The notes under the pieces are model-generated. The model worked only from the letters and a program-made list of their open reading frames with translations. It made no database searches and was not told the DNA's origin. A stretch of DNA of 64,000 bases, filler included, from Dirinaria sp. TL-2023a (Eukaryota): assembly GCA_051941275.1 (NCBI GenBank). It is 11 parts of 11 records of this genome, joined end to end, with 100 filler letters (N's around TTAATTAATTAA, not from the genome) between each part and the next. Parts side by side here need not be neighbours in the genome. Positions count along the whole stretch, not along the records: positions 23,388 to 29,126 come from JAVEBF010001594.1; positions 29,227 to 34,964 come from JAVEBF010001595.1; 9 more parts are not named here. The stretch is one strand, 5' to 3'. Shown here piece after piece: positions 24,251 through 35,064 of the stretch. Every line of letters starts with the position of its first letter. The stretch's first letter is position 1. Position numbers and translations under genes: made by a program.

Positions 24251-25987
24251 CTACATCAGTAGTTTATCATGTGGACTGGCAATATGCAGACCGGGCGAGA
24301 AAAGCGGTGTCTGCGACCAAGCAGGAGATGTCAGCATGCCGTTATCTGGTGGTCTGCTTGACTTCAGAATTAGATTGGATGGTCGAAAAGATGGCGTTCG
24401 TGGCGTCCACGAAAGCTGTCGAATTTGGTGCCTATCTTTCTCCCTTTCAATCTGCGTTTCGTCTTCCAAACGTGCTTCTAGTTCAGCGGTCGTAGAGCCT
24501 TTCAGGTTAATCACATATGTTGCTGTTGTCGCCGCAGCAAAGATGACTCCAGTAGTCACGAAGGGCAGACCAGCCCACATCCCTTTGCGTTCAAGACCCT
24601 CCCTGAAGAGTAGTGCTACTGCAGGCGATGCTACTAGCATCGCAGCAGTCCAGACCAAGCTCATCATCATGAACAGCCTGCCAACCTCGTCCTTCTTTAC
24701 CAGGCTTGCCAATAGACTCCGAATCAAAGCCGTTGCCCCCAAACCCATAGTAGCTAGGCAGTAACCTACTACAAAAAAAGGAGTACTCGAGGCTATACCT
24801 TCAATACTATATCCGATGGTGACGAGTATAGAGCTGATGCGAAGAAGCAAGACGTCCTTCTTTAGGGGCGTGAATGATTTTCGTCTCAGAAGATAGCTAG
24901 ATGCCAGCGGCAAAAGGCCTAATAAAGTTACTAGCATAAATGCCGCTTTAATGGAGGAGAGGTACGCGGCCTTGGAGAGTGTCCACTTATATCGCCGTGA
25001 AGTATATTGAAGCGTGAGATTGGCGCAAGCTTGACCGAAGATGAAGCTGATCGAAATGAATAGTATGAAACCAACGCGATGGTCACTGACCAGGAATCCT
25101 AGAGCGGGTAGATGCCTCGAGACGTTCGAGGTCAAGCTCTCGTTCAAATGTTGGCCAAGGGATGATTGGGGTCGGCAATTAACCAAGGAGGGTCTGTTGG
25201 TGTCTCTGCTATTGCTAATAGTTTCTGGAAGTGCAATTGCAAGAGAAATAGCGAGAGTCAGGAGGCAAATGGCGAGTGCAAGTGCAATCCAAGGACTTTT
25301 GCCCATCAATACTGAACTGACCGGCGGCCCAAAGAACTCTGTAGCGCACAAAGCTGCATGAGCGTAGAAGAAGACTGTTGCTCGCTTGGACTCCGGTGTA
25401 ACGTCGGTCATGATGACCATGGACAAAGCAGAACCCACCACAGGTCCTCCACCAAAGACACCCAGGATGCTCTGCGCCCATATTAGTCGTAGTGGGATCA
25501 GATGCGGAAATGCGCAAACGAGGCAAATCCATCCCAATCGAAGCCACAGAGAGGCGGTGTTCAGCACGTTCAGCCATTTACGACCGTATTTATCTGCCAG
25601 CATGCCGAAAGGGATAGCCAGGAATAGTCCAGGAAGGTAGTCGAAAAAGTCCAGCCATGCCCGCAGAAGAGCCAGCTCCTGCTGCACAGGTGATATTTTG
25701 CAATGCTGTTCATCCACATTCCCAGCCCTCCCTATGAATCCTGCATTCGGGCCCGCATAATGGTTTTGACAGATTATTGACTCAAAGACTCTCATTAATG
25801 GAGCTTTACTGACACTATTGGCGAGATCTGTAAGGAAGACTGTACCCAGAACTAGGCCAAGCACATAGCATTGACAACTTGGTGCAGGCGGGGGGCCAGC
25901 ATCTTCGTGTACTCTTGCGAATTCTTGCAGAAGAGGTGTATGGAGCGTAGCAAGCTCTTCGTCTCCGTCGAAGCTGCCTTTACTCAT
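24251..25987 (-). CDS. Major facilitator superfamily transporter, apparently intronless
   Basis: About 12 hydrophobic segments; MFS motif A-like GMLADKYGRK; ESIIC and MTDVTPESKRA motifs; first ATG at 25987. Confidence 0.9.
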   Translation of the reverse strand: MSKGSFDGDEELATLHTPLLQEFARVHEDAGPPPAPSCQCYVLGLVLGTVFLTDLANSVSKAPLMRVFESIICQNHYAGPNAGFIGRAGNVDEQHCKISPVQQELALLRAWLDFFDYLPGLFLAIPFGMLADKYGRKWLNVLNTASLWLRLGWICLVCAFPHLIPLRLIWAQSILGVFGGGPVVGSALSMVIMTDVTPESKRATVFFYAHAALCATEFFGPPVSSVLMGKSPWIALALAICLLTLAISLAIALPETISNSRDTNRPSLVNCRPQSSLGQHLNESLTSNVSRHLPALGFLVSDHRVGFILFISISFIFGQACANLTLQYTSRRYKWTLSKAAYLSSIKAAFMLVTLLGLLPLASSYLLRRKSFTPLKKDVLLLRISSILVTIGYSIEGIASSTPFFVVGYCLATMGLGATALIRSLLASLVKKDEVGRLFMMMSLVWTAAMLVASPAVALLFREGLERKGMWAGLPFVTTGVIFAAATTATYVINLKGSTTAELEARLEDETQIEREKDRHQIRQLSWTPRTPSFRPSNLILKSSRPPDNGMLTSPAWSQTPLFSPGLHIASPHDKLLM

Positions 25988-26809
25988 AATGATCAATTGA
26001 CAGAGCAACGAGCGTCAAGATCGATGTGCGGACAGCTCCTAAGAGATACAGAGTTGCACAGGGTAGCAAAGAAGGTAGTGAGTGCTCAAGTACTTAATCA
26101 GAGTAAGTACTGTAACAGCGGCAGAACAATGAAAAAGGGGGCCACATTGATAACAAAGCTATTGTTACTCGCGAACAAAGGAAGTTGCAGCGCATCGTGT
26201 TATGACAGCACACTACAGCCCTCGACCTCCTCACTGGCTTCCGAAGCTCATACACTCAATGAAGGGAGCTACAGCAACAATCCATGACTTGCATACAGTA
26301 AGAGAAAACAAACGGTCAGAGCGCGTTGTCGAGTATGGATTTTGAGGCACATCGTGTCACAGTCTTGAGCTTGCCGGATACAATAGCCGGTTATGACTAT
26401 GGACGGATTTATTGACAGAGGATACGCGACTGGAATGGTGTCTTGGAATGTTACAGGTTCCCCAAATTCGCGGGAAATGGGCGATCCATCATCATCATCG
26501 TTGACGTATCGTTTTCATCAGTTGACACGATACCAATCGAAGACCGGAAAATGCAATGAGTGAAACCGAGGGAACCAGCCCCTGCCAAGCCGAGATTGTT
26601 ACGCTTACTTTCTTTGGACTAGCCCCTAAGAAGCGAGCATGGCTCAGCATGGGCGCCAAGCACAGGGAGACACTGCAAGCCTCTCCCTTAAGAAATGTAC
26701 AACTTGGAAAGGAGGTTCCACTACCTTACCTTAAAATAATGACAAAAATTATGGTTCATTGAAAATCACTTCCTCGTCGCCTGCTACAGTCTCTCATGAC
26801 ATTTGTCTC

Positions 26810-28035
26810 CTACTTGCTGGTATCGACTACATATCGCCCAGCAATCTTACCTTCATCTAATGAAACCATTAGCGTTGGAGTTAAACACACGAAAGACGAA
26901 GGCCGAGGGAGCTTACGCATCAAATCATAAACCTTCTGCAGCTCGCTCATACCAATGGTCTTGAAGGGTGCCTTGATAAGACCGCGTTGGAAGAAGTCAA
27001 TGGCTTCACCTGTGTCCTTGCGGTTGCCAACGTAGCTCCCCTTGATGGTCTTGACGCCTATCACTGTCTCGAAGACGGGCGCTTTGAGAAAGGCGCCAGC
27101 CGGAAGACCGATGGCGACGACCGTGCCGCGAGGCCGGACATACTAGATCAAATCAGCATGTGGATCTGTTGCCTTGATTGAGTTATTTAATACATACCTC
27201 GGCGGCCTGCTGGAAGGGTTTCTCGTTGACCGCGACGAGTAGGACGGCATGTGGGCCAAGGCCGTCGTGTGTGGCAGCCTGCACGTCCTTTACCACGTTC
27301 GATGACTTTGCAAAGTCAACGAAGGCCTCGGCGCCCAGCTTCTGGGTCATCTCCTTCTTGTCATCCCCAGCGTCGATGGCAATGGTCCGAAGCCCCATCG
27401 CCTTTGCATACTGGCAGGCAAGAGAGCCGAGCCCTCCGCCAGCGCCAACAATGGCCACTGTTTGCCCTGGCCGAGCACCGGACTCCTTCAAGCCTTTGTA
27501 GACGGTAATGCCTGCACAGAGAACAGGAGCGATTGCGTCAAGAGGAATATCTTTTGGAATCCTGGCAACGTGTGCTGCCTTGCCAATGGCATATTGTTGG
27601 AAAGTGCCGTCAACAGTGTACCCTGAAAGCAGAGCCTTAGGGCACAGTGGCTCGTCGCCAGTCTGGCAAAAGTCACAAGCCAGGCAGGAGCCGTTCAACC
27701 ACTAGCGATACCTGTCAGCCATGGGGAATCCGAGAATCATCCTCAAAACGTGCCTTGATGCCTGCATGGTCTCCAACCTCAACATCCGACACGAGATCGC
27801 CTCTGGCAACGACCACACCCGCGCCTTCATGGCCGCCAACCAACGGTAGCTTTGTGGGAAGCGGCCAGTCACCGTTGACAGCGTGCAGATCTGTATGGCA
27901 GACACCCGAGTACTTAATGTTCACAAGAACTTCATCCGGGCCAGGCTTCGCTACTGGGATTTGCTTGTAGTCGACAGGGCCTCCGGTTTTCTCGATCACC
28001 ATAGCCCATTGCTTATCTGGGATGTTTTGAGACAT
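26810..28035 (-). CDS. adh1: Zn-dependent alcohol dehydrogenase (ADH1/alcC type); exons 28035-27754, 27701-27198, 27142-26917, 26856-26810
   Basis: [25 protein letters not shown] structural Zn site, GAGGGLG Rossmann motif, [13 protein letters not shown] end; three introns restore the frame. Confidence 0.95.
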
Positions 28036-29126
28036 GCTGCAAGTATCAATGGGCCAATTAGGTGGGAATAATGGCAGGAAATGGTAATCTTACAAAGTTA
28101 AGTCTACAATGAAGATACGATTCTGCTAGCGATGCTATAGAGAAGAAAATACGATGGTAGACAGGTTATGGCTATCTCAAGAATCCACCTCCTCAATGCT
28201 AATGACTTCATTAGCTTAACCCCACATTGAGGAGTTCCATTTCGCAGGGTATTACAATTTTCCACGGTGGCAACAAAATTCGTCTTTGCATCTTGATGGT
28301 GCCCATGGCGCCGCAGCGGCCTTTCATTGAAGTGAGCTTGAGCCAATCCAGGTCTGCGAAAGCTTCGGGGCGGCTCTACATACTTTCTGGTTCTTCGCTC
28401 AAGCCTCAAACGCTACATTGATTTGTGTACAGTTTTAAACCGAGGATACTTTTTGGCAGTTCTAGAACGCGGGGTGCTCTGAATGCGGGGCGCGGGGACG
28501 ACGGATGATTTACGGAATCGAAGCTCGGGGCCTGCATAGATCCCCAATTCTTATCACCTACAGTACCTGATATGATTCTTGTTCGGATATGCGGATCGCC
28601 AAATCAAATACGGACGACCGCGTGGCTTGCCTTGCCGTTCCTCGATCTACAATGCCCTGAGCTTACCTTACCCCTGGTCTCTTCCCAGGAAACTTTTAGT
28701 CGGGCACAAAGCGCGTCGCTCCGCATCCTGGCCTTGGCTCCAAAAGCCTCAATGCGTACGCTGGCTTCAAACATGGAGTAAATAATGGAATCTCACGATA
28801 TTTCCATATCGGACGGATCTCCCTAATTATTCTTCATCCCCCAATCCCCCAATAAGAATCGTCCCTGTCCAGGCTAATCCATCACGAAACTCATCATTCT
28901 TGGCTCTCTGCGTGGTTTGACAAGCGATATGTCCATTTTAAGGTACGTCTAGGACGCTTGCTGTTATACTTCAAATCCAGCAAGCAACAAGAGAGCATAG
29001 CCATCAAAACCTTGAGAATAAGTTAGTCCTTCCCTTGAAAAGCGAGCAACTATTAGATTAGTATCCTCAGACTTTTGCAAACCACCATAGAATCAAATTA
29101 CTTTCCCAGGAAAAAAAAAAAAAAAA

Positions 29127-29226
29127 NNNNNNNNNNNNNNNNNNNNNNNNNNNNNNNNNNNNNNNNNNNNTTAATTAATTAANNNNNNNNNNNNNNNNNN
29201 NNNNNNNNNNNNNNNNNNNNNNNNNN
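29127..29226. other. Artificial contig linker
   Basis: N44-TTAATTAATTAA-N44. Confidence 0.99.
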
Positions 29227-30163
29227 CATTCATCAACATTATTCAGCTGAAAGCGTACGAAGGAAATAAAAAGATAGATCACACCGCAGGTGAAAACTTT
29301 CTTCTCAAACGGGTTGTAGGCTCTATTCTGTAGAAGGGCCGCATTTCATTTCCATTCCGCTTCACATGGCTGGGAGAGACGTGTCTTAGCGATAAGTGTT
29401 CGCACATGATCATCTCTGTCATTAATGTCTGGTTCAGCGATCTTGCTGTAGATGTCCAAAAGCTCAGTGATCAGACAGTCGGCTATGTCGAAGTGGTTTG
29501 TCTCATTTCGACCTCAATTAAGAAGAGAAGTAATCGTCTAAAGCTCTTTGAAAGCTTGTCACACGCTTTAGCGTGGTCAATTTCTCGTTGCACAACGTTT
29601 TTTCCCTTTTCCAGGTGTATCGACTGCAGTGTCAACTGGCAGACATTGTTCCGCTGTCTATAATCCAATTCACAATAGACATCTGAAAGATGAGATACAA
29701 CAAGAAGTCGTTTAGATCTAGGAAGCCCCGATGTGACGAGGCATCCTTCAAAGCAGCGCATAGCTTCATCAAACCGATCTTCTCCTCTTAAAATTCGGCC
29801 ATTAGTACACAATTGATCGCACAATAGGCGTAATTCACAATCTGAGAGTGTGTCGCTTGAAGGCTTCCATTTGCGAGTTTCCTGGCGGGCCCTATGAAAT
29901 TCGAATCGATATGCTTGATTATTAGCTTGGGATAGGTGTAGAAGGCCATAAAGATAATAAGATTCCTGATCAGAGTCCAAGTTTTGGCTGCTGAAGAACT
30001 CTGTTATTACGCGCTCCGACTCTGGGATGCATCCTCTAGAGCGGAACACAATACTTTCAAGAAAGCTTTGAGATGTCTGGGGAAACTCGAGCAGAACGAG
30101 TGGACTCAATGCATGCATGTCAGAGCACACTTGGGCCTCGAAGAGCATCACTAAGCGCAACAT
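29227..30163 (-). pseudogene. Decayed TPR-like gene paralogous to 20900-23021; 3' end cut by contig edge, 5' limit uncertain
   Basis: Aligns by eye: LHLSQ..N.AY.F.F, DQ....GRILRG, ELDY.QR, KSFRRLLL, YNP.E..VF.CG.IYLFI. Frameshift near 29500 and TGA at 29346-29348. Confidence 0.75.
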
Positions 30164-33100
30164 TATCTAAAAGAATTGGATGAGAAACCGAGCATTCTAC
30201 GCCTAAGAAGTCGCGTCGCCTCGGGACTTAAGCGGTCATCACAGTTCATCGATTTAAACCGTGCTGTCTATGCAAAGGAGGATGAGCGGGGACGCGCTCA
30301 TGGGAAGGCAATGCTGCAAAGAGAGTTATGCGAGGAGGTCTTGAAGCAAAGCGCTCTTGTTCCGGAGATCAGGAACAAGATAGCCGAGTACATGATCGAA
30401 TAACTGCAGCGATGGATTTTGAGTTGACTATGGAAGTTTCATCTTAGCTGCGGAGCGCAGTTCGTCTCTATAGTTCCTTTAGTGGTCTCTGACTGGCGAG
30501 ACTCGTTCTCTCTTCTCGCAGCTCTCGCTAGGAGCTCTTACTTGTCATAGACTCCAATCCGATCATGGCGTCTTGGCGGTTCGACTCGAGCAGATTTGCC
30601 CCTGCGAAGCACTTCGCATGATTCACAAATTCAATCGACTTTTGCGTAACGTATTGTCCGCCTACACGGGCTGACTCTGTGACTTGGTCGATTGTTTCGC
30701 ATGCATACAGTAGACTCTATGCCATAAAGTCAGAAAATTTCGAAGTTCATGTACATCGGATACTTATCTGTACTGTTCCGTCGACCAATTTTTCGATATC
30801 TTCAAGTTTGATCACACTTTTCAGTCGTTAGCTCGGAGATTAGAGGACGTTAGATGCGTACGTACTAGATATTGCTAGCTTTATCATCTTCGATTATGAC
30901 TTTCTGTTCAACACGCAACTCCTGAAGAGCTTCGAATACTATATTCGGCAGCTTGTGTTCTTCTCCATTCGCATCGATGTACGTGCCCATATTGCTGACC
31001 TTTACTTGCTCAAGATTCACATTCTCCAACCTTGAAGGGAGGCTCAAACGTATTAGTATCCAAGGCACAACTGTTCATGCTGTGCTACTCACAAGACGTG
31101 ATCTTCCTCTCCAAAAGCTTTTGATTTCAGCTTGGCGTGTATTCCGCCATAAGAAATAATTGCTATGTTTGCTTCATCAGTACCTCATTTCCATTCGCAG
31201 CATCCTTTTTCGAGCTGAAACACGTCTGGTCTGAGATAGATGACATCAGACCCTTTCATGATGACAATGTTGCTTGCAAGATACAGTCAGAGATGCCGTC
31301 AAGGCAGAACGTCAAATTACCAGTGCCGCGAGTAGTCTGAGCTTATGTATGCGTACAGAGGCGTAGAGAGCTCTACATCGATCGTTTCAGCGATATGACA
31401 GCTGTGCTTTCATCCTACTTTCGCTCTGATGTAGGGGTGTCTCGCCACCTTCTGTGCAACAATCGATTTCGAAGCAGCCTCAGTATGACGATGAAGCCCC
31501 ACGAAAACGGCCAGTCTTTAGATAGCGTCCGGCCTAGAACCCCAGAATCGCGAGAGCCGAGGAACTTCTTACTCCTCAAGTTGATACGCGACAGTCGCGG
31601 TGAGCCCTAATAGCAGATTCCTACTTAGCAGCTTAGCTTTCCCTCTAGCATTTGATAGAAAATCCTATCGTAGCTAGAACAGTGGAACTTAGACTAGCTA
31701 GATCAGCACGTTCACAAGGGCCATGAGCATTGGGTCTGAGACGGATACTACTCGCTCCATAGTTCTCCTAGAAAGCAATTGTCACCCACGCATACTTGCT
31801 TGAAATGAAATCTCCCACAAAATCTCATAATCGCGCAGTCTCTCCAGACGTTGATCTATCTCAGCACCGACGTGGGCGGATCGTCCACAGAGACGACCAT
31901 GGGGCAGCAGCGATCGCGGAGAACTCAAAACATGATGAACGGAAGACTACAAACAATGCTGATATGACTGATACTCCTCTCTCGACCATGGTCTGACTGA
32001 TATAGCGAAGTGATATTCGGAATTCGCGCAGATAAGCTCTCACCAAGTCTTTCGCACAAGTCTATCAGTTCAGACATATCATAAATGAATTCCATTGACA
32101 TCTTGTTGTTTTGGATAACAGATAACAACTATCACGAATAGCGTCTGGCATCAGGTGCCTGTCTGCCCCGAGTGGTAAGCTAATGATTGAATTAAATTTC
32201 ATAACATCAGACTAACGTCATCGCCGGACAAGACCCGAAGGATATAGGAAAATAAATGGATGATGATATAGAATTTGTCTCTGGTGTAGAGAATGACTCT
32301 GGCACATGCATTGCAGGAAGTCGTTTGGCTTACGGCTCGTTTAGCTAGCGCGCCGTCCCCTTAGGGCATTTTCAGGCTTCTACTGCTGAGATGCCTTACT
32401 GTTGCAAGCTTCCTGCAAAGAACAAGTACAAATAAAAAAAAAACTTTTGTACAGAGGATGTATCATGCTTTTATGTTGCTCCCATAACAGTATAGAGTCG
32501 AGCAGACAGATTTTCCCAGAGTTCGGGCCAAGCGGGGAGTAAGCCAAACGACTTCCTGCGATGCCTGTGCTGATTTGAAGCTGAGTCCTGACACGGATGA
32601 ATGTAAGCATATTTCGTGTAAGCCTCTTCTAGAACAAAAGTGAAGGGTTGAAATGTCTAAAGTCTGTCAAAACCTGAAAGCAGAATCGAACTGACTGACA
32701 TAGAAAGGTTCAGACAGGATTCACAAGATGCTCTTTGTACATACATGAAGCACCTCGAGTGGCTGGGTATTGAGCTGTGCTTGAGTTTGTATCAGTCGCA
32801 ACGACTTTTGCTTGAGAAGTTTTCGATTGTTGCTCCTCAGTACATGTCTCTATATCTGTTCATGTGGAGTCACGTTACAGTGAGGTGGTGGCTGAAGGCT
32901 TCCCTTCATATCATTTAGCAATTTATATCATCGATCTACTAGAAATACCCCACCTCTAGGAGAGCTACATTGTAACCTTTCTGAAAAGCTATCAAATGAC
33001 ATCGGTAGGCGCTGGGCCAGTTATTGAACTTCACGTAGTGAGTCTCTAGATTGCCCGTAGTGCTTTGAGTCGATATTGCTGCAGCAACGGCCTCACACCG

Positions 33101-33559
33101 AACAACGAAGTTGAAGAAGGAAAAGAACGTGAGACCCGTATCAAGAATGAAAACAATTAGATCTCGTACTGATGCAATGCGCAAATTCGGTAAATCATAA
33201 TCTGCTTGAGGAGAAAAGGCTATATCAGTAGCATCAATTGGCTTGACGATAAGGTACCAGCTGCCGTCCGCATGAAAACATCGATAGGAAGCTTTATCTC
33301 TCGATGAGTTAGTATTTTGTCATCGTAAAGCAATGAGCGACTGACCGTCCTCTGAGCTCATGTGGACTTTGTGCTTGTGTATCATTCTATTTACAGAAGA
33401 GACAGGAACGTCGAGAGAGTAGCTTGCTACTTATGATCAGCGATACACATGCTTGCTTGAGTACACCAAATTTAGAAAATGAGGTTGTCCTTGGCCAAGC
33501 AGTATGACACAGTGGCTTATTCTTTCGAACCTGATGAGAGGTTTTTACAAGCGAGATTT

Positions 33560-34123
33560 TGCCCTTCAACGGCCAGTTATGCATGCTGCAAGATGTTCAT
33601 AACAATCAGCGGCCATCGGTCAGACCCTCTTGACCATTCTCTCTGCTCTTCTAACAAAGAGATTCTTGCAAATCGTCTTTGCCATCTTATAATCGAGATT
33701 CTTCACCTCGTTGACTGTAGATTCAGTAGAGTCGTAGTTTAGGTCAATATCCGAGTCAGGGAACATCTTGCTGAGTATGACCTGTAGGGTAGGGCCATAT
33801 GACTGAAGTACGACCATCTCTCATGATCCATCGTTCAACTTCTCAATACTGGGAGCCTCATTAACTGTCCCGATCTTTGTATTCAGTATCTTCAATATAT
33901 TTTCATCTTCGACCTTAGACAGTCGTACAAATGTGTACTGATTTTTGTCTGAGCTCGATGGTGACGCTAGGACTGTGATAATATAAGAGGGCACCCTGTC
34001 TTCAGTAGCTCTGATTCTAGTGGTTACACGAATTGTATGAATGATATCAATATTAAGAGAACTGCCGCCTCGAGACTGCTCCATGAGACCTCTGCATGAA
34101 TTAGTATAAAAATATGTGAACAT
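33560..34123 (-). pseudogene. Decayed hypothetical gene with in-frame TGA stops
   Basis: ORFs 34123-33821 and 33817-33620 are in one frame, separated and followed by TGA codons in contexts where Trp is plausible (DGS*EMVV, KRV*PMAA). Confidence 0.45.
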
Positions 34124-34964
34124 GCATGCTAGTACAAAGGCACTTACTCAGTCTCTACGGTATCACTAGATTTGTCATCGCCTGTTTCCTCTCACTCAGG
34201 ACTTTCGCCCTCTTCGACTGTCCCCGTGTACGTCACAGCTCTATCGAAAGGTCTGGCTTGGGTGATGTGGTCGACCGTCGTCTGTTGAGGTCATGTAGCT
34301 CATGCAAGAGATGAGTCGATGAAGAGCCTTATCTCGCCAGCAATCACTGGCACAGAAGAAGGGGAAGGAGCAGCTGGAGCCAAGCGTGTGTCCACAGAAA
34401 GTGGCATGACTGACGAGATCCCAAAAGGCGACCGAGTCAGGTGAAGAAGGCAGCCAGAGTAGAGCATAATGGCCCGATATAAACAGTCATTCGGTACACA
34501 TATATAGTCACCTGCTATTAGCTGCAGCGAAGCCGGATGTCAATATCTCCAGGGGCTTCAAGTAGTCGGGAGTCGAATGATCGTCAGTCATCGGATTGTT
34601 TTGTTAGCCACATTGCAACAATAGTGTACATCTAGAACAGGTAGACACGTTCGGCCAAGCAAAGAACGGCTTCATGCCGTTTTCGAATCAGATCTGCAAA
34701 ACAATCCTTCGTGCACGCTATTCCATTTATGTTGTTTCAATGAAATAACGAAAATGGCATAGCGTACGCGGAAGAACTATCTTTTTCGACTCCGACTTCT
34801 GCAGAAATTTGCGCAGGCTCCTCACTATTCATCGCCCATCAAAATGGTGGCAGATGACAGTTTTGTGATAGTAGAGAAAGGTCTGTTTGATCGTCTACGT
34901 CAGCACTGCGAAAGTTGCCCTGACTTCGATGAGCAACTGCAAGATCTGTCGAACGGGTGTACGA

Positions 34965-35064
34965 NNNNNNNNNNNNNNNNNNNNNNNNNNNNNNNNNNNN
35001 NNNNNNNNTTAATTAATTAANNNNNNNNNNNNNNNNNNNNNNNNNNNNNNNNNNNNNNNNNNNN
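34965..35064. other. Artificial contig linker
   Basis: N44-TTAATTAATTAA-N44. Confidence 0.99.

Noticed and set aside
23985..24764. 259-aa plus-strand ORF
   Set aside because: Mostly antisense to the MFS gene, no ATG start and no motifs.
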